From the NCBI RefSeq assembly GCF_020745735.1, contig NC_083417.1:29016001-29080000 (forward strand): a stretch of 64,000 nt of DNA. Reading direction: 5' to 3'. A model generated the notes under the pieces. It made no database searches, was not told the origin of the DNA, and saw only the letters and a program-made list of their open reading frames with translations. This document shows positions 39,501 through 51,200 of the stretch, in pieces. Made by a program: the position numbers and the translations under genes. Position 1 is the stretch's first letter; every line of letters begins with the position of its first letter. The stretch comes from Hemiscyllium ocellatum (taxonomy: Eukaryota).

Positions 39501-41565
39501 ATGATGCCAATCGACTGTACAGAATATCAGAATGAGCTGTGAAGTTGCAGATGGATTTTAATACGTCGAAATGAGAGTTGATGCAATTTTGGCAGAAGCA
39601 ATATAGCCTAGAAGAGTAGTCCTAAAAGAGTGTTGAGACAGAGTCCCTGGGCTTAATTTGAATAGATGTTTTGAGGGTGGTAGGAGAGCAGTCAGTAAAA
39701 GCAAAAGAGATTTTGGACTTCAGAAATTGAAGCAATGAGAGTAAAGGCTGGAAGTTACTCTGAGCCTGTTTAAAACCATGGTTAGTCCAAAGCTGGTGTA
39801 TTGCATCCACATCCAGTCACTGTGCCTCAAGAAGGCTGTGAGGATCTTTGAGAGAGGTCAGAGGACATTTTCCAAAATGATTCTAGTGACGAAGTATTTT
39901 AGCCAAAAGGTTATGTCATAGAGTTTTCTTTCCTTGGAGTGAAAGAGATTGAAGGAGGTGTGTGCAAGATTGGTCATTCCTGAAGAAGGGCTTATGCCCA
40001 AAACATCGATTCTCCTGCTCCTTGGATGCTGCCTGACCTGCTGCGCTTTTCCAGCAACACATTTTTCAGCTCTTATCTCCAGCATCTGCAGTCCTCACTT
40101 TTTCCTGTGCAAGATTTTGACAGCTTTAGATAAGGCAGACATTGAAAGATTAAGGGACATTCCTTTAATCTTTTGGACAAAATATGCAGGTGGATCTCAA
40201 GGTGAACATTTTATTTGAAGTGTTGCAATCTTGGTCAAGGCTAGTGACATTTTCTTTTTGAAAAATGAAATCTAAAATCTGTCATTTTTTGAAAAAAATG
40301 AAACCACAAGATTTCACTTTAGAAAACAGAAGAATTTTTACTATACGTAACTCAAATAAAACCAAGACAAAATCCTGTCTTTGGTACCCCTGTATACTCC
40401 CAAACTCAGAATCGCTAAAATTACAAAATGAATCAACAGGCAATATACAGTTGATTGGTGTCCTTCCAATCAGGTTCAGTCTCGGAAGTTTTTGTTTCCA
40501 ATTGTAGTTTATTTTTGTTGCCTGAGAAACTGAGTCAGTTCCTTCTCTGTATATGGTTTCTTTTTCAGTTGGGAGTTCATTTCAAGATAAGTTACAAACT
40601 TTGACCACAGATTTCATCACAGTTGGGAGTGAGCTACGAGTTGCTCCCAATGAAAATGGTGGAGGCTGAGCCAATGACTGATTTAGATTTATGGGCAGTA
40701 ATGGGAATAAATTTACCACTAGCAAGGAAATGGGACTAACTGCAGTGCTCTACAGAGCTCGCAAGAAATTGATAGACTGAAAGACCTCCTTCTGTCCCAT
40801 AATAATTCTATGATCATTGGGGTTTTGTTGTTCAGTAGTTCTACTTGATAAATGAAGAATGATAATAGTGGCAGATCTGGATAAGTCTACAACTCTGTCT
40901 TTCTTTATAGAAATGTTAAATGTTAAGCAAATTTTCAGAAAATGTATGATTTTCTAATTCAGATTTTCTTTGTAGGTTACAAAGTTAATTCTCATTTTTC
41001 ATCGAGCAGAGGAAACTGCTTTCAGTGTGAAAGAACGGGAGCTGTTTCTCCAGTTCTGCATTACATTTACTGAAGATTTAGTGCCTTACCTGAATCGATG
41101 CTTGCAGGTTCTTTTTCCACCTGCACAAGTAGCGCAGATTCTAGGTATGTACTCAGCTACCAGTTACTTAGTGTTAATGTATTATTTTCTATTGGATGTT
41201 GAATAAACTTGATTGAACCACAGCTATATCTTTTGACTTAAAAACGTATGGCTTTTTTATGTTTCACAGGCATTCCTCCTACTCAGCTTCATAAATATGG
41301 TTCCATTGGATGCATTAACACAAGTGTTATTCTAGAAATGCTTGATTTTCTGCTACCGAGAAAGGAAATTATAATTCCACCAAACAATTCCATCCAGCAC
41401 TTGCCAGTGGAACATACCATAGACAGCTCTGGATTACTAAGTGAACAGTATCCACCAGCATCACCTTCATGTGTGCCAAATGTAACAATGGAGGAAATGA
41501 AACCAGATCCCCTGTATGTGGATAGCCAGGCAACAGAAGATGAATCACTTCAAGCTGAACTGTAA
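32981..41565 (+). CDS. COG8: Conserved oligomeric Golgi complex subunit 8 (gene span; join 32981-33523, 37796-38614, 40976-41144, 41270-41565; 608 aa)
   Basis: Dor1-family motifs ([41 protein letters not shown]); all introns GT-AG with consistent phase; 1827 nt including TAA. Confidence 0.97.
33980..34222 (+). mobile_element. CR1/HER1 LINE 3' fragment in COG8 intron 1
   Basis: [13 protein letters not shown]...FKRHLDGYM. Confidence 0.85.
35160..35477 (+). mobile_element. HE1-type V-SINE
   Basis: A/B boxes, V-domain, (TAATC)5 tail. Confidence 0.9.
35500..36340 (-). mobile_element. CR1-type LINE fragment (older subfamily)
   Basis: Minus ORFs [29 protein letters not shown]. Confidence 0.8.
36350..36796 (+). 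mobile_element. CR1/HER1 LINE 3' end
   Basis: [13 protein letters not shown]...[12 protein letters not shown]...WNKLPEE; CTATGACT tail. Confidence 0.9.
37301..37607 (+). mobile_element. HE1-type V-SINE, full length and young
   Basis: Near-identical to 735-1047, CpGs retained. Confidence 0.92.
37796..38614 (+). CDS. COG8: COG8 coding exon 2
   Basis: Acceptor TTTTTCTCACGCAG|G; GIVNEVR...EDALVK; donor AAG|GTATTT; 819 nt. Confidence 0.96.
39972..40105 (+). mobile_element. 134-bp PLE family A hammerhead+tail insertion in COG8 intron 2
   Basis: TSD TGTGCAAGATT at 39961-39971 and 40106-40116; core mutated (CTGAAGAAGGGCTTATGCCCAAAACATC); inserted into a decayed CR1. Confidence 0.85.
40976..41144 (+). 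CDS. COG8: COG8 coding exon 3
   Basis: TTTGTAG|GTT; [13 protein letters not shown]...[22 protein letters not shown]; G|GTATGT; 169 nt. Confidence 0.95.
41270..41565 (+). CDS. COG8: COG8 coding exon 4 (terminal)
   Basis: TTTCACAG|GC; [11 protein letters not shown]...LQAEL-TAA. Confidence 0.9.
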
Positions 41566-43279
41566 CATGTTTATAATTTAGCAAAGGTAGTTGTGTGTAC
41601 ATGGGATTCACATTTTTTCCAAAAGCGGACTGAATTGTATAAATGCTTGATTTTCCCTATTAATATTGAAAACGTAAATTATTTGGATTTAGTTGAATCT
41701 AAAATGTGGAACATATCGTAATTGAAAAAGACTTGACATACTCAACCAAGGTGAGATAAATGCTACTTTTTGTTAGCGCAGTTTGTTTATTTAAACTTGT
41801 TAATATTTCATGTTTTATTACCTGTTTATAGTTTTCCCAAATATCTAATGTTTTGAAACGTCAAGAATTTTTAGTAGCTAGTATGAAAGAGAATTGAGGA
41901 AAGAACAAATGGTTGTGTCTTAACAATGATAGTTTTCAATACTGACACATTCTTGTTGTTTTATTTTGTTAAATTGTTGGCAAATCCATGTTAATATTTA
42001 ATGCTGAGGCACCTACTTAAGGACTGAATTAGCAGCAAATACATTTTGTTACAATACCCGATTATTCCAAGTTTTACTTCAGGAATTAGAAAATCACTTG
42101 GTAATAAATTGACCTGACTTTATTTAATATCTTCTAAATATGGGATCATCATAAATCCTGCCTGTTTAAGGGACTTGAATGGTGTTGAATCTTTTCATGG
42201 TAACATTTGAAAGGTAATGTGTTTAAAGACTTTAATTATATGATGCAATCACACTACTTACTTGGAAAGCTACTCTGAAATTGTTCTGTAAACCTAAGTT
42301 GTGGTGTTTGTGAAATAGAGGTGTGCTGGTTTTGTAAATAACCATTGTGAAACTTGTTAAGTTGTATTAATCATTGTATACATTCTTTGTGAACTGTAAA
42401 TAACAAATCCAAGGTGGAAAGTGTTGCAAAATTATTCCTGGGCTTCTAAGATTTTTCTCATAAGGTGCCAATGGGTAAGATTAAATAATGTTTTAGGTCC
42501 TGTCCTCATGAATACAGATATTTTGTCTGATTATGATTTATCTTTGTATAAATATTCTACAAAATATGGTTATTTTGCTTCCTATTATATCAATTAAAGA
42601 TAAGTCAACTAATAAGCAGCATACAAGTACATACTTTTTAAAAGGCATGTGGATTGGGAAAACCAGATTAATTTCCAAATAGCTAATGTTATTAATATTT
42701 GTTAATTGTTACTTGTCAAAAATCACTTCAAAGGTTAAATATTTTTGTCCTAGGTTAAAGGCTCAGTAAATTTTGAACACCCAGTTTGCACATAAGATTG
42801 CAACAGAGTTATCGCCCACGTCTCTGAGCCAGATGGTTCAGGTTTTGGCCCTGGTTCAAGACTAAGGAAACCCTAATGGCTGGGAAAGTTACATTAAGAA
42901 TATGAACCACAGGTGGAGTATAAATTTATACATCCTTCCATTTAGCTAATTCCATTTTGACAACCTGAAAATGACATTTATCCTGATAGATAACCGATCC
43001 TCTCTCTATGCAATACCCCTGTTCCCCAATTTCAGTGTATTATCTAGTGTGGCACCTTGTTGGAAATTCCCTTTTGGAAATCCATTTCCTGTACAATTGA
43101 GCCATACAAATCAAGACAACTCATGGTTTGTATTCAAGTATTTAGAATTTCTCAATGTAGAAGGTGGGAATTATTTTGGAATTATTATTGCTACCTAGCA
43201 GGTGTAGGTGAAGATAGGATTAAGTTCACTAGTAATGCTGACCTGTATTACTTGATACTATTCAGAACATTTGACAAGC

Positions 43280-43700
43280 AAAGCTAATGTCATTTACAAA
43301 GTACTATGCAAGAACTGTAACAAACCCTACAAACAGGCAGAAAACTAGCCACAGAATGACATGATCCTCTCTCACTAGTATCCTTACATATATATATAAG
43401 GAAGAACACCACTTTGACTGGGACAACACATCCATCCTAGAACAAGCCAAACAGAGACTCGCATAATAATTCTTAGAAGCATAGCATTCTAACTGAAACT
43501 GTATCAACAAACGCATGGACTTGGATCCCATTTACCATTCTCTCTCCCCCCACCCCGAGAAAAAACAGGAAATGACATCACCAACCCAAGGAAACCCAAA
43601 CATATAAATAAAAGTAGGAAATACCAGCAGTGCTTCGTCTGGAGACTCACTGACCTAGTATGACGACAAAATATCTGAAAATGAACCTTCTAGCTGATCC
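43280..43700 (+). mobile_element. Degenerate family B PLE (GIY-YIG + pLTR)
   Basis: Homologous to 29740-30200 (NVIYKV.CK.C; FLEA; DLDPIY) with deletions. Confidence 0.75.
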
Positions 43701-43884
43701 AGATTTTTTTTTAACACATGAAAGAGTTGAGGTACTTAATTTTGAAAACTAGTTTGTACATTCAAAGGTACACTAATAATTTTTGCCATCCCATGAAAAA
43801 TGACCCACAAATTGTAAAAGTGTGTTTGGTATAAAGTAACGTGCTGTATTTACCACCACCATAGTAATACTACTTTAACATGGA

Positions 43885-44200
43885 ATTATGGTAATGTCAC
43901 TACACTAGAAATCCATTGCTTTACGGTCATGGGTTCAAATATCACCATAGTAAATGAAGGCATTAGAATTCAATAAAAATAGGGACCATAAAACTTATCC
44001 TAGTAATGGGAACTATGAAATCACTTGTAAAAGGCACCTGGCTCACTAAAATTCTTTATGCAAGGGAACTGGCATCTTTACTAGAATTGACCCACACCCA
44101 CTGCAATGTTGGTTGACTTTTAACTGTCCTCTGATGTAGCCTAGCAAACCACCCAGTTCAAGGAAGATTAGGGATGGACTACACATACTGGTTTAGAGGC
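43885..44200 (+). mobile_element. tRNA-derived SINE, DeuSINE/SacSINE1-like, degenerate
   Basis: TGGTAATGTCACT...GGGTTCAAAT B-box, central CTGGCTCACTAA...GGGAA segment, 3' GGGATGG tail related to LINE ends at about 7900-8030. Confidence 0.5.
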
Positions 44201-44980
44201 ATGCTGCAAAACATGAGATTGCTGTTTTTCTGATATTACGTTAATTAAAGTGCACACTGAATTTTTGCACCATTATGCACAGAAATATTTGCTAATTAAA
44301 GCAGACATTAAACAAACTCAGGCACATTATTTGTACTCCGTCCAAAAAGAATTAAATAAATTTAATTCAACATATTTCATAAATGACTTGTGACAATTAT
44401 ATTGTTAAGCATTATTTTCAAATATTTGTCCGAGAATTTTAATAATCAGAAAGAAGATCAACTTTGGAAATTACCAAACAAATAAGCTTGTTTGATACTA
44501 TGAATGCAGAATGAGATATATATAAAGGGGAAACTTATAAAAACGAAGTTTGATGAAACAAAGCAAGGGAAAAAGAAAGTGAACTTAGTAAATATGTTTA
44601 TACTGAAGTTGCGAACACAATAGATTTTAACCAAAGACAATCTGGACTTAAAGCATTTCAGAGGAGTATTTTTATACTAAATGAGGCAAGAGGCACATGT
44701 ACTTAAAAGGTGTACAGTGTTAACTGGTAAACCATCTCCATCTAGCAATATTAATATAAATATAATTTTGAAAGTAAACATTATACTTATGTAGGGTTAC
44801 TGGTTTCAGAAAATGTTGACAAGTGTTATATCCCTTCAGTGAGTACTGTTGATTTTAAAAAGTTCAACAATGAAAATCCTTTAACAACTTTTGTTGAATT
44901 TGCATTATACAAATAGTTTTATGATACAGTAATTGAAAACCCCATTATGCTCTAATTTTTCAGTAACTTAGTTGGAATGA

Positions 44981-45250
44981 TTATTTCTTCTTAACAAACT
45001 TTTTTGATACAGCATTTGGATTAATCCTCCTCCTCCCAGCTCCAATTCTGTTGTCGCGAATGTTTAAGTTAGCAGCTCTGCTGTAAATGTCATTCTCCAC
45101 AAAGGGAGAAATCCCAGCAATGTAATCTGGGTCAAAGACATTCGTCTTCTGTCTAGCCTTTTTGGATAGTCGTTGCTGAGGAAAGCTTTGGTCTTCAGTC
45201 AAATGTGGATTATTGCCGTGTTTCCCACCATGTGGTAATGGGAGAGAATA
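44981..45250 (-). CDS. NOB1: NOB1 exon 9 (terminal)
   Basis: TAG|TAT; YSLPLPHGGKH...SKKFVKKK-TAA. Confidence 0.95.
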   Translation of the reverse strand, partial: YSLPLPHGGKHGNNPHLTEDQSFPQQRLSKKARQKTNVFDPDYIAGISPFVENDIYSRAANLNIRDNRIGAGRRRINPNAVSKKFVKKK

Positions 45251-48200
45251 CTATAAGACAAAAAAGAATTAACAATATTTATGACATAAATGCATCTTAC
45301 CAGATAAGATATTTGCAATTGGTTTTAAAAATATGGTCAACTGGTTTACGAAAGAAAATGTTACGCCTATTTAATTTGTTATTTTTTGTCTCTTTCCTAC
45401 ATTCCACACTAGTTTTTACTCCAAACATGCTGGAAGGGATGCATTACTGGCTGATGCAGCTTTTAACTTCCACTACTTCCTTCCCTGTCCCACTACAAAA
45501 TCAGAAAGGAAGATTTTGTTGGTAAACGTTCATCAACTTCAAAACGATCAGGATAACAATGAAGTGGGTGTGGGAAATTTCCAGTAATCAAAGATCTGAT
45601 TTACATTCTCTCTTACATATTATTGAATAACTATCCAGTGGAACAACTGCATATTACTGGGGGCAATTATTAAACAATACAAAAATTATAGGAGATGAAC
45701 TTTGGCAGTGTTTGGTCTAACGATTATAGAAATTTAAGAGGATCACATGAGATAATAAGAATAGTTTTTTCCAATGCAATTTCAGTTATGATTTCACTAA
45801 CATCTATGTTTTACTTTCAATTATATAAACTGCACCACTAAACAATCTTTGTAACAGCATTAAGGGATAGAACAGAAGAAGTTTTTTAACATCACAAATG
45901 TGTGTCACATTCAATAATATTAATAGCTTCTTGACATTTATGTGTTTAATTGGGTGTTTTGATGGTGGGTTTTTTAAAAAAAGAGCAACCTACCCTTAAG
46001 CCTCGTGCATTCAACACTTTTGGGTTTTTGGAGAAATGCATGTGAATACTGCCATCTTCACTTACAGTCACTGCAACCTTCTTCAGTGTCTTGTTACCAC
46101 AGCTTGGGCAGAACGTCTTGTTCATATTGGTTGTGGTCCTGGCAGAAGCCAATCAGAGAGAAACATTTACACAATACTGGTTTCCAACAATCTTCATTGT
46201 GCTTTCTGATTTTGGGAGCATTTCAGCATCAGTGCACACCCCAAATTTCCGTCCACAACCATTGATTCAGAAACACATAGAAGCGTCTCATATGATAATA
46301 AAATAACATTCCTTAGTTAATGTGAGATTCAAACTAAAGAACAACACTGATCCAGCGAGGATACAAAGCAGGTACTTTCACTATCTTTACTCAGCAACTA
46401 CATGACATTGACTGTAGAGACAGTGTCAGAGATTCAGAGAAAAAAACCTTTGACACACTTAAAATCCATTCAACTACTGCAATTAATAATGGATTTGGGT
46501 TAAATTTAATCGAAGACTGATTGGTACTTGGCATAGGAGATTTTCATTTGGAACACTATGTTGGAAGTGGGGTTGAGGGTTTATTCTATGCTTCTGGCTT
46601 GTGGAAGCTGTTCCATTTACCAAATATCCTCAGTTTTCCACAAATCCTCTCAAAATGTTCAATTTCTTTATTATTATGTATCATTTCAGCCATTTCACCA
46701 CCTCCTGATTTCTAATTAAGCACTCATCGATAGTCAAAAGTGAGGTGCCAGAAAACTGGAGATTGGCTAACATGGTGCCACTGTTTAAGAAGGGCAGTAA
46801 GGACAAGCCAGGGAACTATAGACTAGTGAACCTGACGTTGGCAGTGGGCAAGTTTTTGGAGTGAATCCTGAGGGACAGGATGTACACGTATTTGGAAAGG
46901 CAAGGACTGATTAGGGATGGTCAACATGGCTTTGTGCATGGGAAATCATGTCTCAAAGTTGACTGAGTTTTTCTGAAGAATAACAAAGAGGTTTGATGAG
47001 GGCAGAGCAGTGCACATGATCTTTATGGACTTCAGTAAGGCATTTGTAAAGGTTCCCCATGGGAAACTGGTTAGCAAGGTTAGATCTCATGGAATACAGG
47101 GAGAACGGGCAGCACGGTGGCACAGTGGTTAGCACTGCTACCTCACAGCGCCAGAGACTCGGGCTCAATTCCCGCCTCAGGCGACTGACTGTGTGGAGTT
47201 TGCAGGTTCTCCCCGTGTCTGCATGGGTTTCCTCCGTGTCCTCCAGTTTCCTTCCACAATCCAAAGATGTGCGGGTCAGGTGAATTGGCCATGCTAAATT
47301 GCCCGTAGTGTTAGGTAAGGGGTAAATGTAGGGGTATGGGTGGGTTGTGCTTCAGCGGGTCGGTGTGGACTTGTTGGGCCGAAGGGCCTGTTTCCACACT
47401 GTAAGTAATCTAATCTTATCTAAAACTAACCATTTGGAGATAGAACTGGCTCAAAGGATGGTGGTGGAGGGTTGCTTTTCAGATTGGAGCCCTGTGACCA
47501 GTGGAGTGCCACAAGGATCGATGCTGGGTCCAATACTTTTCATTATTTATATAAATGATTTGGATGTGAGTATAAGAGGTATAGGTAGTAAGTTTGCAGA
47601 TGACACCAAAATTGGAGGTGTAGTGGACAGTGAAGAAGGTTACCTCAGATTACAATGGGATCTTGATCAAATTAGCCAATGGGCTGAGATGTGGCAAATG
47701 GAGTTTAATTCAGATAAATGCAAGGTGCTGCATTTTGGGAAAGCAAATCTTACCATGATTTATTCACTTAATGTTAAGGTCCTAGGGAGTGTTGCTGAAC
47801 AAAGAGACCTTGGAGTACAGGTTCATAGCTCCTTGAAAGTAGAGTCGCAGGTAGATAGGACAGTGAAGGCAGCACTTGGTATGCTTTCCTTTATTGATCA
47901 GAGTATTGAGTACGGGAGTTGGAAGGTCATGTTACGGCTGTAGAGGACATTGGTTAGGCCACTACTGGAATATTGCATGCAATTCTGGTCTCCTTCCTAT
48001 CGGAAGGATGGTGTGAAACTTGAAAGGGTTCAGAAAAGAATTTTACAAGGATGTTGCCAGGGTTGAGGATTTGAGCTGTTGGGTGAGATTGAGTAGGCTG
48101 GGGCTGTTTTCCCTGGAGTGTCAGAGGTTGGGAAAGTGACCTTATAGAAGTTAATAAAATCATGAGGGGCATGGATAGGATAAATAGATAAAGTCTTTTC

Positions 48201-51200
48201 TCTGGGGTGGGGAGTCCAGAACTAGAGGGCATAGGTTTAGGGTGAGAGGGGAAAGATATAAAAGAGACCTAAGGGGCAATGTTTTCACACACAGGGTGGT
48301 GTGTGTATGGAATGAGCTGTCAGAGGAGGTGGTGGAGGCTGGTATAATTGCAACATTTAAAATGCATCTGGATGGATATGAATAGGAAGGATTTGGAAGG
48401 ATATGGGCCAGGTGCTGGCAGGTCGGATTAGATTAGGTTGAGATATCTGGTCGAAGTTGGACAAAAAAGGTCTGTTTTGATGCTATACATCACTATGACT
48501 TTCTGGAGTATCTTCTCTTATCTATATCTACCCTTTTTTCAATATTATTCATCTGTAATATCTTCCAGTTAAAATAAAGGGTCACATACATGACGTGAGC
48601 TCTGTTCTCCAAATGCTGGTCAATCTGCTGACAGCTTCTGATTTCCAACTGCAATTTGTGCATCTTTGGCAGTAGGACATGCATTTATCCATTGAATTAC
48701 CCTTGAGATACCCAAGTTTTGATCATTGTGGTATAGTTTCAGATTCTTGAAAAGCATTCCAATGTACAACTGATCAATACTTACTTGAAACACGCATGGC
48801 ACCGTAAAATGTAGTTTCGTGCTTGTTTTATAAGCATTCCTTTTAATGAAATCACATGGAGCCCCATCTGAATAAGGACATTCTAAGAAATAAACAAAGG
48901 ACTTGGATTTACCATAGCACATTATAGGATAGGCAAAAGTGACGGCCAACATACTTTTAGATTACTATAGAGCACAAGTCAATTGTTTAAGTGTGCAGCT
49001 CCTTTAAGTTTTGTGTGCAACTATCACAAATGGTAACTCAGAGGGGGTGGCTCTCATAGGGACTTTCCTGTTGCTGCAAAGTTTAGAAGGAATGTTGGCA
49101 TTCCAATACTAAAATATATCTGTTCTAGTGATTTGACAGACAGAAAACGCTGGCCAAGAAACCACAAAAAACAAAATGTGTAATAAAAATTTCAGTAATC
49201 ACTGTGTAAAGTATGTGTACTTAGAATACTGTGATGATGCTGTCACTTTTAAAAATGATTATTTTGTCCTAATGTTTTTTTTGAAGAGCGGTTGTAAAGG
49301 CAGAGGTGCCAATCTGAATAGTGTTTTTTTGTTAAAAACACAGTTTAACAATGGAAGGGGAGAGGCCAGTTCTCCCAGTTCAGTCCCAGTTTTTTTTAAA
49401 CTGTAGAAGTCACAAGATGTGAGAGTATCAGAACAGTTGCTAGCTTCCGTTAGATTCCTCACTGACCTTCTCTGAAAGCTCCCTTCTGGATTGGACTCCT
49501 GTTTGTAAGAACCTGTGTTTGAATTTACCTTTTTGCCAAGGGGTGTGTTTATGGGATGTTATTATATTGGAGCAGTTAGTTAAGATGGTGTATCAGATCG
49601 GTTAAGTTGTCCAATAGTTGTTATTCTGAATTCCACTTTCTTTTGTTCATATTTCAACTATAATGTTTAAATAAATTCTCTTTTGCTTAGAGCCAAGTGG
49701 TTTGACCAGTTGCATCACACTTTCAACACTTCATATCTACCTTTAAAATAAGAAAATGTTAGGGTCGAGGCTACCTTCTTAAAAATATTGAGTGTTCTGG
49801 CCTGTTCCATAACAATACTAATGTAGTCACTGCATATCGGCACAAATTTCAATGTGATAATCTTTCTTCATCATTGTCACCTTTAATATCTCTCCCCAAA
49901 TCTTGAATTAATCTTATCTTTTTCCTTCATTTCAGCCATGATCTATTGAATGATGGAGCAGGTCACAGCCCACTACCGTTCCTAATTCATATCGTCACAT
50001 TTGACTCTAGTCGGCTTTACTGCCATCTCTACTATTATTTGATGTTGGTACGTTCATCAACTCAGTCATATAACATGGAAACAGACCCTTCAGTCCAACC
50101 TGTCCCTGCTGATCAGACATCCTAATCTGACCTAGACCCATTTGCTGTATTTGGCCCATAACCTTCTAAATCCTTCCTATTCATATACTCATCCAGATGC
50201 CTTTTAAATGTTCTAGTTGCACTAGCCTCCAACATTTTCTTTAGCAACTCATTCCATACACACAACCTCTATCCATGCCCCTCATGATTTTATAAGTCTC
50301 TCTGAGGACATCCCTCAGACTCAATGACAAGCTTAAAATTGTTTTACAATTTTGCAACGATAACAGAATAACATGGAGGCTTTTTGGCATGAGCATAACT
50401 ATCAGGTTTTTTACTAAACAGAAACGTAAAGCAGGAAAAAAAATCTATTACCTGCATGGAAAAATCTGTAGTCATACAACCAACTTTGACATTTGCCGTC
50501 ATCTCAGAGCAGCCCATATCTTGGCGGATTTGCTGAATATTATTGGGTGTTATCCACCCATCGTCGTCATCTTTTTCCTCATCTCCTTTACTTTCATACA
50601 ATTCTTCTTGGTGTTGCTCAAGTGAAGTCTCACTTGAAGTACAAAAATTCTCTTTGTTCTATTAAGCAATATAGATTAGCACATCAGTTACTGGTAAGCA
50701 AATTACATTCAAAATATCTAGACTTGTTTCTCACTTACTAAAGAGGGTCTGAATTGTATGCTACCATTAAATTATTTAAATAATACAATAAAACCAAAAG
50801 CTAAATACAGTGAAATTAAATGCTGAAAATGCTAAAAAAGCTCAGTAGGTCAATGCTTCATATCAATGACCTGACATCAAATGACCAGCTTACCAAAAAG
50901 TCTTGCAGATCTTCTTCGATGCTTGGTAGTGGATTTCTCCAATAATGAAAGGTACTGAATTCTGATGCATCGGCCACAGCCACTTCACTAGAATGTTTTG
51001 TTCTACTTGGATGGCAAGCTTCCTCTGATCCTAAAGAGAGTGAACAATCTCCCTTTGGGCAATCTTGCTCTGAATGCTGCTGCATAAAAATAATTTTCGT
51101 TGTATTCATGTAAACATGTGAGTAACAAAACTGCTGAAAACAAAAATTTCTAAATCACTATTTTCAACACTGGGAAGAGGAAGTGATATAGGTTTGACTG

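Noticed and set aside
49176-49813. Possible solo LTR (TG...CCATAACA) in NOB1 intron 6
   Set aside because: LTR-like look, but no TSD or second copy could be confirmed by eye
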